From assembly GCA_965198115.1 (NCBI GenBank), contig OZ240241.1:4160001-4224000 (forward strand): a stretch of DNA of 64,000 nucleotides. Reading direction: 5' to 3'. The translations under genes were made by a program, and so were the position numbers. This stretch comes from Candidatus Latescibacterota bacterium. GTDB taxonomy: Bacteria > Latescibacterota > UBA2968. A model generated the notes under the pieces. That model was not told the origin of the DNA, searched no databases, and worked only from the letters and a program-made list of their open reading frames with translations. Positions 1 through 8,889 of the stretch are shown one piece after another. The stretch's first letter is position 1; each line of letters begins with the position of its first letter.

Positions 1-2
1 CA

Positions 3-500
3 AAGGGCTACGCAGGCCTGAGGATCGACGACGGGAGCGAGCAGATCGAAATCGTAGGAATGGAGGCCGTCCGGCGCGACTGGACGGACCTTGCCCATCG
101 TCTTCAGCACGACCTGTTTGGAATGCTGTTCGGGAACGCACAGAACGCGGAGATCGAGGCCAGAATCCAACGCTGGATCGACGAGGTGCGTGCGGGAAAA
201 CACGATGCCGACCTCGTCTACCGGAAGGGACTGCGAAAGGGCGTCGACGACTACACGAAATCGAGCCCGCCACACGTTAAAGCGGCAAGACTCCTGTCAA
301 ATCCCAGGGGGGTCATTCACTACGTGGTCACTCGCGAAGGCCCACAACCCGTTTCAAAGGTCACCTCGCCCATCGACTATGAACACTACGTGCAGAAGCA
401 GATTGCACCGATCGCAGGCACGGTCGCTCAGGTTCGCGGCCTCGATTTGCACGCGGTTCTGACAGGCGAGCAGGACTTATTCGCGGGAATGGACGTTTGA
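3..500 (+). CDS. polB: DNA polymerase II (family B), C-terminal part; 5' end outside window
   Basis: Frame is open from the window edge: KGYAG...GMEAVRRDWT...LVYRKGLRK...PPHVKAAR...IDYEHYVQKQI, the PolB thumb-domain motifs. Confidence 0.85.
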   Translation, partial: KGYAGLRIDDGSEQIEIVGMEAVRRDWTDLAHRLQHDLFGMLFGNAQNAEIEARIQRWIDEVRAGKHDADLVYRKGLRKGVDDYTKSSPPHVKAARLLSNPRGVIHYVVTREGPQPVSKVTSPIDYEHYVQKQIAPIAGTVAQVRGLDLHAVLTGEQDLFAGMDV

Positions 501-687
501 ATACCGAGAGAGGCCGGGAACCTCGACAGGGTCGACTGATTGTGATCTGGTGGGGTCCGTTGGCCTGATGAGCGAGGGCACCACTACTTCGTGAACGGCC
601 GACGATTCGACCTGTTTGGCGAAAGTCTCACATTGACCACTGACAAGTGAATATTGACCATCTCTGGCTCTTGGCCACCAGACAAGG

Positions 688-777
688 CGACCGATCGCCC
701 TTCGATACGGCGATCATCCAAAATCATAACGATTCCGAAATGGCCCTCACAAGTCGCCAACTCAGGATGATCGGTCG
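688..777. repeat. Palindromic REP/MITE-like element, copy A
   Basis: CGACCGATC...GATCGGTCG terminal IR enclosing CCCTTCGATACG...ACTCAGG; same architecture at 12643-12741. Confidence 0.55.
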
Positions 778-877
778 GCGATCGTTACGATTCTATACTC
801 GCAAAATTACGGTAAGTGTGACTCGGTCCTCAGTTCTTCAATATTCGATTCTCGATGTTCGATTCTCGATCACCTGG

Positions 878-2509
878 TTAGATCCTTGATCTAACTTCAT
901 CCGGCACCAACCACGGCACTTCCTTCGACGCTTCGGCGAGCCACTGTCTTGCTTCCCGCCCAGCAGCGTGTAATGATGTTCCCTCCAGCGTCTCCGCCAG
1001 CGATAGCATTGGCGCGAAAAGATCGCCCTCGCACGTCTCGACGTAGCGCCGCATCGCCTCGTAATAGGTGGTCCAGTCTTCCCTCATACGTCCGATGCCG
1101 GCCAGCCCGTGATGGCCGTGGCTGTAGCCCGGGGCGATCTCGATCGAGCGATCGAACCACATCTTCGCTTCGTCCAGATCGCCCGTTCTGCCCACCAGGC
1201 TTCCGATAATGGAAGCTTCGGGTGCGGCGATCTCCGGGTAAAGATCAAAACACCGTCTCGCGTATCGTTCGGCTTCGCGCACGTACCCGAACGGGAGAAG
1301 CAGGTGCACGAACCGAGACAGGTTCCCGTACGACTCGACCTCCTCCGACGCCATCGTGCGTTCGATCTTTTCCACCGCCGCGAGCACCTCCTCGGGCTCG
1401 GCGTCTTCTTCCAAGGCGTAAAGCACCAACGCGGGACGATCGCTCACGACCCCATCGAACGCGGATTTGAAAGACCGACGGACGGCTTCCTCCTCCGACT
1501 TGCCGTAGATCGCCATCGTATGCGTGCCACCCTCGTGGCCACGATGGAGTGAAGCCGAATAGCCAGCCACACGGGCGCCCACAGCCAGCTCATAGAAGAA
1601 CACCCCCCAGAAGGCGCACAGACCGTACTCCGTCATCAGCTCGGCGAACGGTGAAGACGCCTTCTCTCCAGCGTAACCGAAATCCGTGACGACCATCAGC
1701 GCATCGTCCGGCAAACCTCGTTGCACATCGGACAGCAGATCGACCATCTCGGGCCGCTGGTTTCTGAAAGTCGATTCCCCCGATCGCGGAGACTCCACCA
1801 GTAATCCTGCCGCACGCCTGGCGACCGCAACCTCCAGGTCATCGGGGTCGGCCATCGAGTTACGCAGATCCTCACCCGTCAGAAAACGGGGCGGCCAGAC
1901 ACTCGTGTCCGCGAGGGTGGCATCGCTCGAGATGGAGGTCGCGATCTCCACTTCTCCTTCTTCCGAAACCACGCGAGGGGGGATCGAATCGAGGAGATAG
2001 GACATCAGAACCACGTGCGGCTGTCTCGCGACGATCGTGTCCAGCTCCCTCAGGTCGGCGACGCCCGTCGAAACTCGATCGCCGTGCGTCTGGAAGATCC
2101 CCCTGGCCTCCACTTCTTCCGCAACATCGGCCGTTCCATCGGTCACGATGAACTCGCACTGGCCGTAGACTTCGGGCGCTTCGTCCCGCAAGCGATCCAG
2201 CACGTGACGCGACAGGTAGCCCAACCCCGCACCCAGCTCCATCACCCGTATGGGTCCCCGTGTTCGCTTCGCACGTTCGTGAACGAGTTCGGCAATCGAC
2301 TTGGCCAGAAGGGGCCCCGAGCTGTATGAAAACGGCACCTCGTTCGTCACGAACGTCGCGGTGCCCTCCCGCCAGGCCGACGCAGCCATCCGCGCACGAA
2401 GGGTTTGGGGTCGCGCGACCGGCTCCTGGATCTGAACCAATGTCTGCGGCGATTGGGGGGTCTCGTCATCCATCGTTCGCACGATAGGCCGATCGGCAAT
2501 GGGGGTCAA
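878..2509 (-). CDS. SAM-dependent methyltransferase (NDUFAF7/MidA-like) with C-terminal TPR-like region
   Basis: VMELGAGLGYL motif I, YLLDSIP, VVTDFGY; helical TPR-like C-terminus (EAKMWFDRSIEIAPGYSHGHHGLA). Confidence 0.65.
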   Translation of the reverse strand: MTPIADRPIVRTMDDETPQSPQTLVQIQEPVARPQTLRARMAASAWREGTATFVTNEVPFSYSSGPLLAKSIAELVHERAKRTRGPIRVMELGAGLGYLSRHVLDRLRDEAPEVYGQCEFIVTDGTADVAEEVEARGIFQTHGDRVSTGVADLRELDTIVARQPHVVLMSYLLDSIPPRVVSEEGEVEIATSISSDATLADTSVWPPRFLTGEDLRNSMADPDDLEVAVARRAAGLLVESPRSGESTFRNQRPEMVDLLSDVQRGLPDDALMVVTDFGYAGEKASSPFAELMTEYGLCAFWGVFFYELAVGARVAGYSASLHRGHEGGTHTMAIYGKSEEEAVRRSFKSAFDGVVSDRPALVLYALEEDAEPEEVLAAVEKIERTMASEEVESYGNLSRFVHLLLPFGYVREAERYARRCFDLYPEIAAPEASIIGSLVGRTGDLDEAKMWFDRSIEIAPGYSHGHHGLAGIGRMREDWTTYYEAMRRYVETCEGDLFAPMLSLAETLEGTSLHAAGREARQWLAEASKEVPWLVPDEVRSRI

Positions 2510-2664
2510 CCTCAGCTGTGTACCACGACCCGCGATTGCGATCGATCTGAGGAGGCATTGTCACCCCGGGAAGTTTACCCCGGTATGCCTCTGGGCCGGG
2601 GCTTCTTAGCCGGGGTCCATTCAACCTGGCTCATCATAACTGGGCGTGAAAATGGATCCAGCCT

Positions 2665-3930
2665 TAGTACTCCTGTTCTCAAATACGGTGACGTATTCTA
2701 AGCAGACTTTGCCAAGGGCGTATCGTAGAACCTGAGTTTGTCGATCATCTCCGCGAGATCTGTTCGTGTGAACTTCCATTTGAAGGGTGTGGCGATACGT
2801 CCGTAGCGTTCCTGAAAACCGAGGATTCTTGCCTCAAGCTCTTCGAGCGATGCAAATTCGATAGGTGTCAGAGCCTTGCGTTTGAGGATCGAGAAGTAGA
2901 TCTCGATCTGATTGAGCCAGCTTGCGTGGATCGGAAGGTGAACGGGGTGGATGTTTGGCCACTTCCCCTGGATACGGTCGATGCATGTTTGCCCTCGGTG
3001 CGAGGAGCCATTATCCACGATGAGGTAGACTTTCTTTGCCGAGCAATAGGGTTTCCGGCTCATGATCAGGCTCAGGAGCCGGTTGAAGGGCTCGATACCC
3101 GAAGAAGACTCACAGAGACCGAAGATTCGACCATTGTGCACGTCGAGAGCAGCCAGATAGGCCAGGGCTCCTTTCCGCTCGTATTCGTGTTTCAACGCGT
3201 GCCGCTCTGTTCGAGGCTGGCGGTAGGGTAACGTGCTTGCGAGCTCGTGCTTGAATACTGGTCTTTTCGTCGGCAGAAAGTACATATTCCCTCGGCCCTA
3301 AAGGCTTTCCTTGCCATTGGCGGTGATACAGATCAAGGACTCTACCTGCTTTGGTTTGGAAGTCCGGGTCCCGTGGGAAAATCCAGGAGCGATGATACCA
3401 AGGACGAATCGCGTCCTCGTTCAACCAGCGCCAGACAGTGGCGCCGCTGATCTTGGCAACGAAGCCCCTTTGCACTGCCTCGGCGGCAATCTCGGAACAG
3501 CTGAACCGCGAGAGCGGTATCCCGCTCTCGCTCGGTAGTTCACACGCCAGCGCCTTGATCTGAACGACCACCTGAGGGGGGAAAACCGGGCGGGCGCCCG
3601 GGACGAGATCTATCTTCGAGTCCCGAAAGACGCTCTTCGAAAAAGCGCTTACGCCATTTGCTTACGATCGGACGCGGGACATCCAACCGTTGGGCGATAA
3701 TCTTGTTGGATAATCCCTCGGCGGCGAGAAGCACGATTTTCGATCGGATCACTTGATAATACGGTAACGTATATTGTCCAGCCATTCGCTCGAGGTCGAC
3801 CCGTTCCTTCTCAGACAGTAGCACCACATAAGGCGAACGTCTTGGCATTGTTCTCCTCCTTTTGAAGGAGAACATAAGCTACAAATAATGTTCAGAACAT
3901 ACGTAATAATGTTTATGAAACCATGCACTA
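2665..3930 (-). mobile_element. IS630-family insertion sequence, copy 1 (coordinates include both flanking TA)
   Basis: Near-identical to 45930-47195; ends TAGTAC.../...GCACTA; TA duplication; HTH plus DDE transposase pieces. Confidence 0.93.
2698..3848 (-). CDS. IS630 transposase in three frames (HTH 3540-3848; middle 3110-3571; DDE C-terminus 2698-3285)
   Basis: WRKRF..GLEDRSRPGRP HTH, ADEKTSIQ, IVDNGSSH, HASWLNQIEIYF; TTTTCCCCCC slippery run at junction 1; an extra A at junction 2. Confidence 0.85.
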
Positions 3931-4019
3931 AGGCACGCCGGGATGACAATCGTTCCCGGTCGTTTCTCTCTACAGGTCTTCTAGCCACAGGCTGAGTGAC
4001 AAGCTCTCGTCGACGACCT

Positions 4020-4057
4020 AAAAATAAACGCCCTCCGACGTCAATGTCGGAAGGCGC
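4020..4057 (-). terminator. Rho-independent terminator after msrAB
   Basis: Minus strand: CGCCTTCCGAC-loop-GTCGGAGGGCG followed by TTTATTTTT. Confidence 0.65.
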
Positions 4058-4102
4058 TCGTTCGGCCTGGGGTTTTCCCGGCCACGGTTCACGGCCAACG
4101 TC

Positions 4103-5152
4103 TCATTCAAATAGCTTCACGTAGTCCCCATACCCTTCTTTCTCCAGATCTTCCTTCGGAACGAACCGGAGCGCCGCCGAATTCATACAATACCGCAGTC
4201 CCGTCGGCTCCGGCCCGTCGTTGAACAGGTGCCCCAGATGGGAGTCGGCATGTTTACTCCGTATTTCCGTGCGGGGCCAGATCAGCTTGTAGTCCGTCTT
4301 CTCCACGATGTGGTCGGGTTCGAGTGGGCGAACGAAACTCGGCCAGCCCGTACCCGATTTATACTTATCCGTCGAACTGAACAAAGGCTCCCCGGATACG
4401 ACGTCGACGTAGATGCCCTCCTGCTTGTAATCCCAGTATTCGTTCTGGAACGGCGATTCCGTTCCCTCGTGCTGAGTCACCTTGTACTGCAGGTCGGACA
4501 GTTTCGCCCTGATCTCTTCGTCCGAAGGTTTCTTGAATTTGGTGTCGACCGGTTTTTCCATCATTGTCTTCTCATCTTCCCAGTGGGCGTCGATGAACCG
4601 ATCTCGACCGGACCCCGTCCGGTATCGGCTGTAGTGCGCGGGCTCTTTCTTGTAGTAATCCTGATGGTAGTCCTCGGCGACGAAGAATTCCGACGCAGGT
4701 AGAATCGGCGTAACCACGGGCTTCTTGAATCGGCCGGACTCATCCAGCGCCTTCTTCGAAGCCTCGGCCACCAGACGTTGAGCCTCGTCGTGGTAGAAAA
4801 TCGCCGACGTATACTGTTCACCGCGGTCGTAGAACGAGCCGCCCGCGTCGGTCGGGTCGAACAGGCGCCAGAAGGCATCGACGATTTGGTCGTAGCTGAT
4901 CTGCTCCGGATCGAACGTCACCTGAACCGCCTCGAGATGACCTGTCGCCCCGGTCGTCACCTGCTTGTAGGTGGGATTGCCGACGTGCCCACCGGTATAC
5001 CCGCTCAGGACTTCGAGCACGCCGGGGAGCTTCTCCAACGGCGCTTCGACGCACCAGAAGCATCCCCCAGCGAATGTTGCCTTTTCCATCGCCACACCCT
5101 TTCCGCAGTCCGCGAAAACCATCACCACGATCGCCAGAAACAAAGCTTTCAC
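4103..5152 (-). CDS. msrAB: Peptide methionine sulfoxide reductase MsrA/MsrB fusion with N-terminal signal peptide
   Basis: GGCFWCVE and AEDYHQDY (MsrA); [24 protein letters not shown] (MsrB). Confidence 0.95.
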   Translation of the reverse strand: MKALFLAIVVMVFADCGKGVAMEKATFAGGCFWCVEAPLEKLPGVLEVLSGYTGGHVGNPTYKQVTTGATGHLEAVQVTFDPEQISYDQIVDAFWRLFDPTDAGGSFYDRGEQYTSAIFYHDEAQRLVAEASKKALDESGRFKKPVVTPILPASEFFVAEDYHQDYYKKEPAHYSRYRTGSGRDRFIDAHWEDEKTMMEKPVDTKFKKPSDEEIRAKLSDLQYKVTQHEGTESPFQNEYWDYKQEGIYVDVVSGEPLFSSTDKYKSGTGWPSFVRPLEPDHIVEKTDYKLIWPRTEIRSKHADSHLGHLFNDGPEPTGLRYCMNSAALRFVPKEDLEKEGYGDYVKLFE

Positions 5153-5490
5153 GTCCGCCCTCCTCTCCCATCGTTCGATCGTCCAGGTTCGGCCCGAGCT
5201 CCCAGATGCCGTGTCTCGGGTCTTGCCTTAAATAGACGATCGAACGCCGATCGAAGTATCACGAATGTGTCACAAGTTCGTCAAAAGATTCCCAACGGAC
5301 CCCGGAATGGGCTTCTTCGCGCACGAAAGACGAATCGCAGGTCTTCGTCGTTCATCTTCCATCAAGTAACCAAACTGCAGCTACGCGTCCCTGTGCACAG
5401 GGAGGAGCGTAACGCTTTGCTTTTCTACTAATCTAAAAAATGCTGCGCTCGCCCTCGTGCTCTGCACGAGGTCCTCTTCACCTGTCGCCG

Positions 5491-6129
5491 CTAGGCTGCT
5501 GCCGCCCAGCGCGTTCCCTGGGTCATCAGCTTCTGCATTGCCGGCCGTTCGAACGTCCCGGGCCCGTGCCCCAGAGCCGTGTAAAAAACGCGGCCGTTCC
5601 CGAAGGGCTGCGTCCAGGCCAGAGGGTGTCGCTTTTCGGACCACTCTGCGCTCGCCAGCACGTGAATGCTCGGATCCCACGCCGACATGTAGATCTCGTC
5701 CTCCACCTCGAACGTGTCGACGCCATCCGTAATCGGATGATCGGTGTCGTCTATTTCAACGTTGAACGTCAGGCCGGGTGGATGCCAGTTCGCGTGACCG
5801 CCGATGAGCGGGACGGTCCGACTCGGAATCTGCCAGGCCGTTCCGTGGATCCCCACCAGACCACCGCCGCTTTCGACGAAACCGAACAGTCCCGCCTCCT
5901 GGTCCGAAGTCAGATCGTCGTGGTGTTCGACCGTCCCGTCATCCTTTCGCTCGGGCCGTGTGAACCCCGTTCCGAAGACGACGGCGTCGTTGCCATCGAG
6001 CGATTTCAGTGCGTCCTTGTCATCCGTCGTCTCGACATCGAGATCAGCATCCTTCGCCAGGAAATCCGCTATGATCGGCGCGCTCAGGTTGAAGCGGTGA
6101 TTTTCGCCGGACAGCACAAGCACCTTCAT
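5491..6129 (-). CDS. ThuA-like (class I glutamine amidotransferase-like fold) protein
   Basis: FVESGGGLVGIH, HPITDG, DEIY, PLAWT..GNGRVFYTALGH; AGGAGG RBS before ATG at 6129. Confidence 0.85.
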   Translation of the reverse strand: MKVLVLSGENHRFNLSAPIIADFLAKDADLDVETTDDKDALKSLDGNDAVVFGTGFTRPERKDDGTVEHHDDLTSDQEAGLFGFVESGGGLVGIHGTAWQIPSRTVPLIGGHANWHPPGLTFNVEIDDTDHPITDGVDTFEVEDEIYMSAWDPSIHVLASAEWSEKRHPLAWTQPFGNGRVFYTALGHGPGTFERPAMQKLMTQGTRWAAAA

Positions 6130-6246
6130 CTTAGCCTCCTGTGTCATAGCTCGCCACGTACTCACTCGAATCGGGTGTCACCGGCTAAGCGACCGGATTC
6201 CCGACTCTGCGTCATCGACGACCCAATATGACGTGAGCGCACCATC

Positions 6247-7188
6247 GTGTCAATTCAGCGCATACTGATCTTTCGAGCCGGCGCCGTCGGCGATTTTGTC
6301 GTCACACTCCCCGCGATCGCTTCGCTCAGAGCCGCCTATCACGGGGCCTCCATCGACCTCGTCGGCTACCCCGATCGCGCGATTCTGGCTCAGACCTTCG
6401 TGAACCGCATTCACGACGTCGACGCTGCACATTGGTCCGCGCTCTTCGCGCGGGGCAGCGACCTCTCGCTCGTCGAACCCATCATCGGCGAAACAGACCT
6501 GGCTATCGCCTACATGAACGACCCTGACGACCTTGTAATCGAAAACCTCACCCGATGCGGGGTTCGTCGGACCCTGTTCCATCCACCGCGACCCGATGAG
6601 AAGGGTGACACACACGCGGTCGATCACCTGCTGAAACCCCTTTCCACGCTGGGCATCCCGGCGATCTCGACCATCCCGACGATCACGATCGACGAGCGGT
6701 CCTTCCAGTCCGCGCGTTCGATCCTGGAAAAAGCCGGCGTCGACCGAAGCTACGCCGCGTTTCACGCGGGGGCAGGTGGCCAACCCAAGCAGTGGGACGC
6801 GGGCGCCTTTGCGCCCGTTGCCCAGACCCTCTGGCAGGACCGGGAGTTGGCCGTCGTCGTCACGAGCGGACCCGCCGACGGCACGCTGGCCGAAGAGATA
6901 GCCCATCTGGCGAGCACTCACGTCGTTCCGCTCCATCCTGTCGACCTTCCCACGCTCTGCGCGCTCTACGCACAGGCCGAGATCTACCTCGGTTGCGACA
7001 CGGGCCCGAGCCACATCGCTGCCGCCACGGCTACACCCTCGGTTGTTCTATTCGGCCCATCGCCGTCGGCTGTCTGGGCACCCAGGGGTCCCAACGTGCG
7101 CGTGATCGAGGCACCCGGGGGCTCGATGAGCTCGCTCGATCCCAAGACCGTGACGGAAGCGATGAGCGGTCTGCTGCACAAGACTTGA
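6247..7188 (+). CDS. Glycosyltransferase family 9 (LPS heptosyltransferase-like)
   Basis: GAVGDFVVTLPAI; YLGCDTGPSHIAAA; VVLFGPS. Confidence 0.9.
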   Translation: MSIQRILIFRAGAVGDFVVTLPAIASLRAAYHGASIDLVGYPDRAILAQTFVNRIHDVDAAHWSALFARGSDLSLVEPIIGETDLAIAYMNDPDDLVIENLTRCGVRRTLFHPPRPDEKGDTHAVDHLLKPLSTLGIPAISTIPTITIDERSFQSARSILEKAGVDRSYAAFHAGAGGQPKQWDAGAFAPVAQTLWQDRELAVVVTSGPADGTLAEEIAHLASTHVVPLHPVDLPTLCALYAQAEIYLGCDTGPSHIAAATATPSVVLFGPSPSAVWAPRGPNVRVIEAPGGSMSSLDPKTVTEAMSGLLHKT

Positions 7189-7248
7189 TTCGGGCCTAAG
7201 AAATTGCAAATTCACGATTTATAGGCCGTTTCATTCGGCGCAGCGTTA

Positions 7249-7277
7249 TTGACCGCGCAACCCGAAATGGGTATTCT
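7249..7277 (+). promoter_or_regulatory. sigma70 promoter upstream of cbiX-MFS-protease
   Basis: TTGACC-N17-TATTCT, followed by GGAGG RBS. Confidence 0.6.
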
Positions 7278-7301
7278 ACATCGACGTTTTTCGGAGGACG
7301 A

Positions 7302-7691
7302 ATGCCGACCGCACTACTGATCGTCGATCACGGTTCTCGCAGACAAGAAGCCAACGATATGCTCGAAGGCGTTGCAGAAGTCATCCGGCGCCAGCGAGAA
7401 GACCTGATCGTACACATCGCGCATATGGAACTGGCCGACCCCACGATCGAGGCAGGCATCCAGGCCTGCGTCGAGGACGGCGCAACCGACATCGTTGTCC
7501 ATCCGTATATGCTCTCCCCCGGCCGCCACGCAACCGAGGACATCCCCCGGATGTCACAGGCCGCCGCCGATCGATGTGGCGTAACCGTGCGGGTCACCGG
7601 TCCTCTCGGCATTCACGACAAGCTCGGCGAAGTGGTACTCGAACGCGCAGGCCTCCACGAGCCTGCCAGGGCTGGGGAGGGCGCCGGTTGA
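7302..7691 (+). CDS. cbiX: Short CbiX/SirB-type sirohydrochlorin chelatase
   Basis: LIVDHGSR, HMELADP, PYMLSPGRH..EDIP, PLGIH. Confidence 0.85.
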   Translation: MPTALLIVDHGSRRQEANDMLEGVAEVIRRQREDLIVHIAHMELADPTIEAGIQACVEDGATDIVVHPYMLSPGRHATEDIPRMSQAAADRCGVTVRVTGPLGIHDKLGEVVLERAGLHEPARAGEGAG

Positions 7692-8887
7692 GTGCAACAG
7701 CCGCGACCGACGAATCCCTCCGCCGTGTGTGGCTTTTGACCCTGGCCCATACGGCGGTTGACTTTTATATGCTGATGGCCCCGCCCCTCTACGCCGTCTT
7801 CAAGTCCCTCTTCAACCTCACCGTATTCCAGATCTCCTTTCTCCCTTCGTTCGTGTCCGTGTGCGGGGCCATAGCGCAGCCGTTTATGGGCTATTTCTCC
7901 GACGGCAGAAATCGACTGATCCTCGCAGGACTCGGGGTCCTCTTCTGCGGGCTCTTCGTTTCCGCCATCGGCTTCGCGCCAACCGTCTTTGTCCTCGCCG
8001 CATTCCTCGTGATGGCCTCGCTCGGCTCTTCCCTCTTTCACCCCTCCGCAGGCGGACTCGTCACCAGCTATCTCCCAGGTCGCTCTAACCTGACGATGGC
8101 CATCTTCCTGACGGGAGGAACGCTCGGGATGTCGATCGGGCCGATCACAGCCACTCAGATCGTCGAGCGTTACGGACTCCAGCATATGTGGGTCTGCGTC
8201 TTCCCGGGGGTGGTCGTCTTCGGCCTCCTCTACCTCGGCGGGCGGAGGCACCAACCACAGGACTCGACCACGGGCAACGGTATATCGCTCGCAGCCCTAC
8301 GAGGGAAGGCCGTCCGCCCTCTATGGACACTCTACGGGATCAGCGTGATGCGGTCACTTACGCACACCGGCTTTATCAGCTTCATCGCACTTCTGGGAGA
8401 AAGCCGCGGATGGCCCACGGCCAAGATCGGATGGGTCCTGTCGGGTTATCTGATCAGCAGCACGCTCGGCCGAATCTGCGGGGGCTACCTCGCCGACCGT
8501 GTGTCCGCACGACGACTCCTCGCCTTCTCCAACGCCTCTTCAGGCGCGTTGCACATCGTCTTCTGCCTGATCACCGGAAGCCTCACGATCCCCACTTTCT
8601 TTTTCGCCGGCTTCCTGTTCGACCTGGGCATCACCACCAACATCGTCCTCGCGCAGCAGAGTCTACCCAACAACACCAGTACGGCCACCGGCGTCGTAAT
8701 GGGATTCAGCTGGGGCACGGCCGGGCTGTTGATGCCACTCGTCGGGCGCCTGGCCGAGTATGCCTCGCTCACCTTCGCGCTGGCATCCGTTTCCACCTTT
8801 CTGTTCCCCGCCGCGCTTCTGGTCGCTGCTCTGCCTTCTGGCAGCAGTCCGGAAGGAACCGCCCGATTGGACCGGGCGTCTACTTAG
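7688..8887 (+). CDS. MFS transporter (Fsr-like)
   Basis: About 12 hydrophobic segments; AHTAVDFY, QPFMGYFSD, LGSSLFHP, GGYLADR; TTG start overlaps the cbiX stop. Confidence 0.85.
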   Translation: MSATAATDESLRRVWLLTLAHTAVDFYMLMAPPLYAVFKSLFNLTVFQISFLPSFVSVCGAIAQPFMGYFSDGRNRLILAGLGVLFCGLFVSAIGFAPTVFVLAAFLVMASLGSSLFHPSAGGLVTSYLPGRSNLTMAIFLTGGTLGMSIGPITATQIVERYGLQHMWVCVFPGVVVFGLLYLGGRRHQPQDSTTGNGISLAALRGKAVRPLWTLYGISVMRSLTHTGFISFIALLGESRGWPTAKIGWVLSGYLISSTLGRICGGYLADRVSARRLLAFSNASSGALHIVFCLITGSLTIPTFFFAGFLFDLGITTNIVLAQQSLPNNTSTATGVVMGFSWGTAGLLMPLVGRLAEYASLTFALASVSTFLFPAALLVAALPSGSSPEGTARLDRAST

Positions 8888-8889
8888 GG

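Noticed and set aside
8188-8889. N-terminal extension of the 1466-aa ORF
   Set aside because: Off-frame overlap with the MFS gene; the signal peptide begins at ATG 8890
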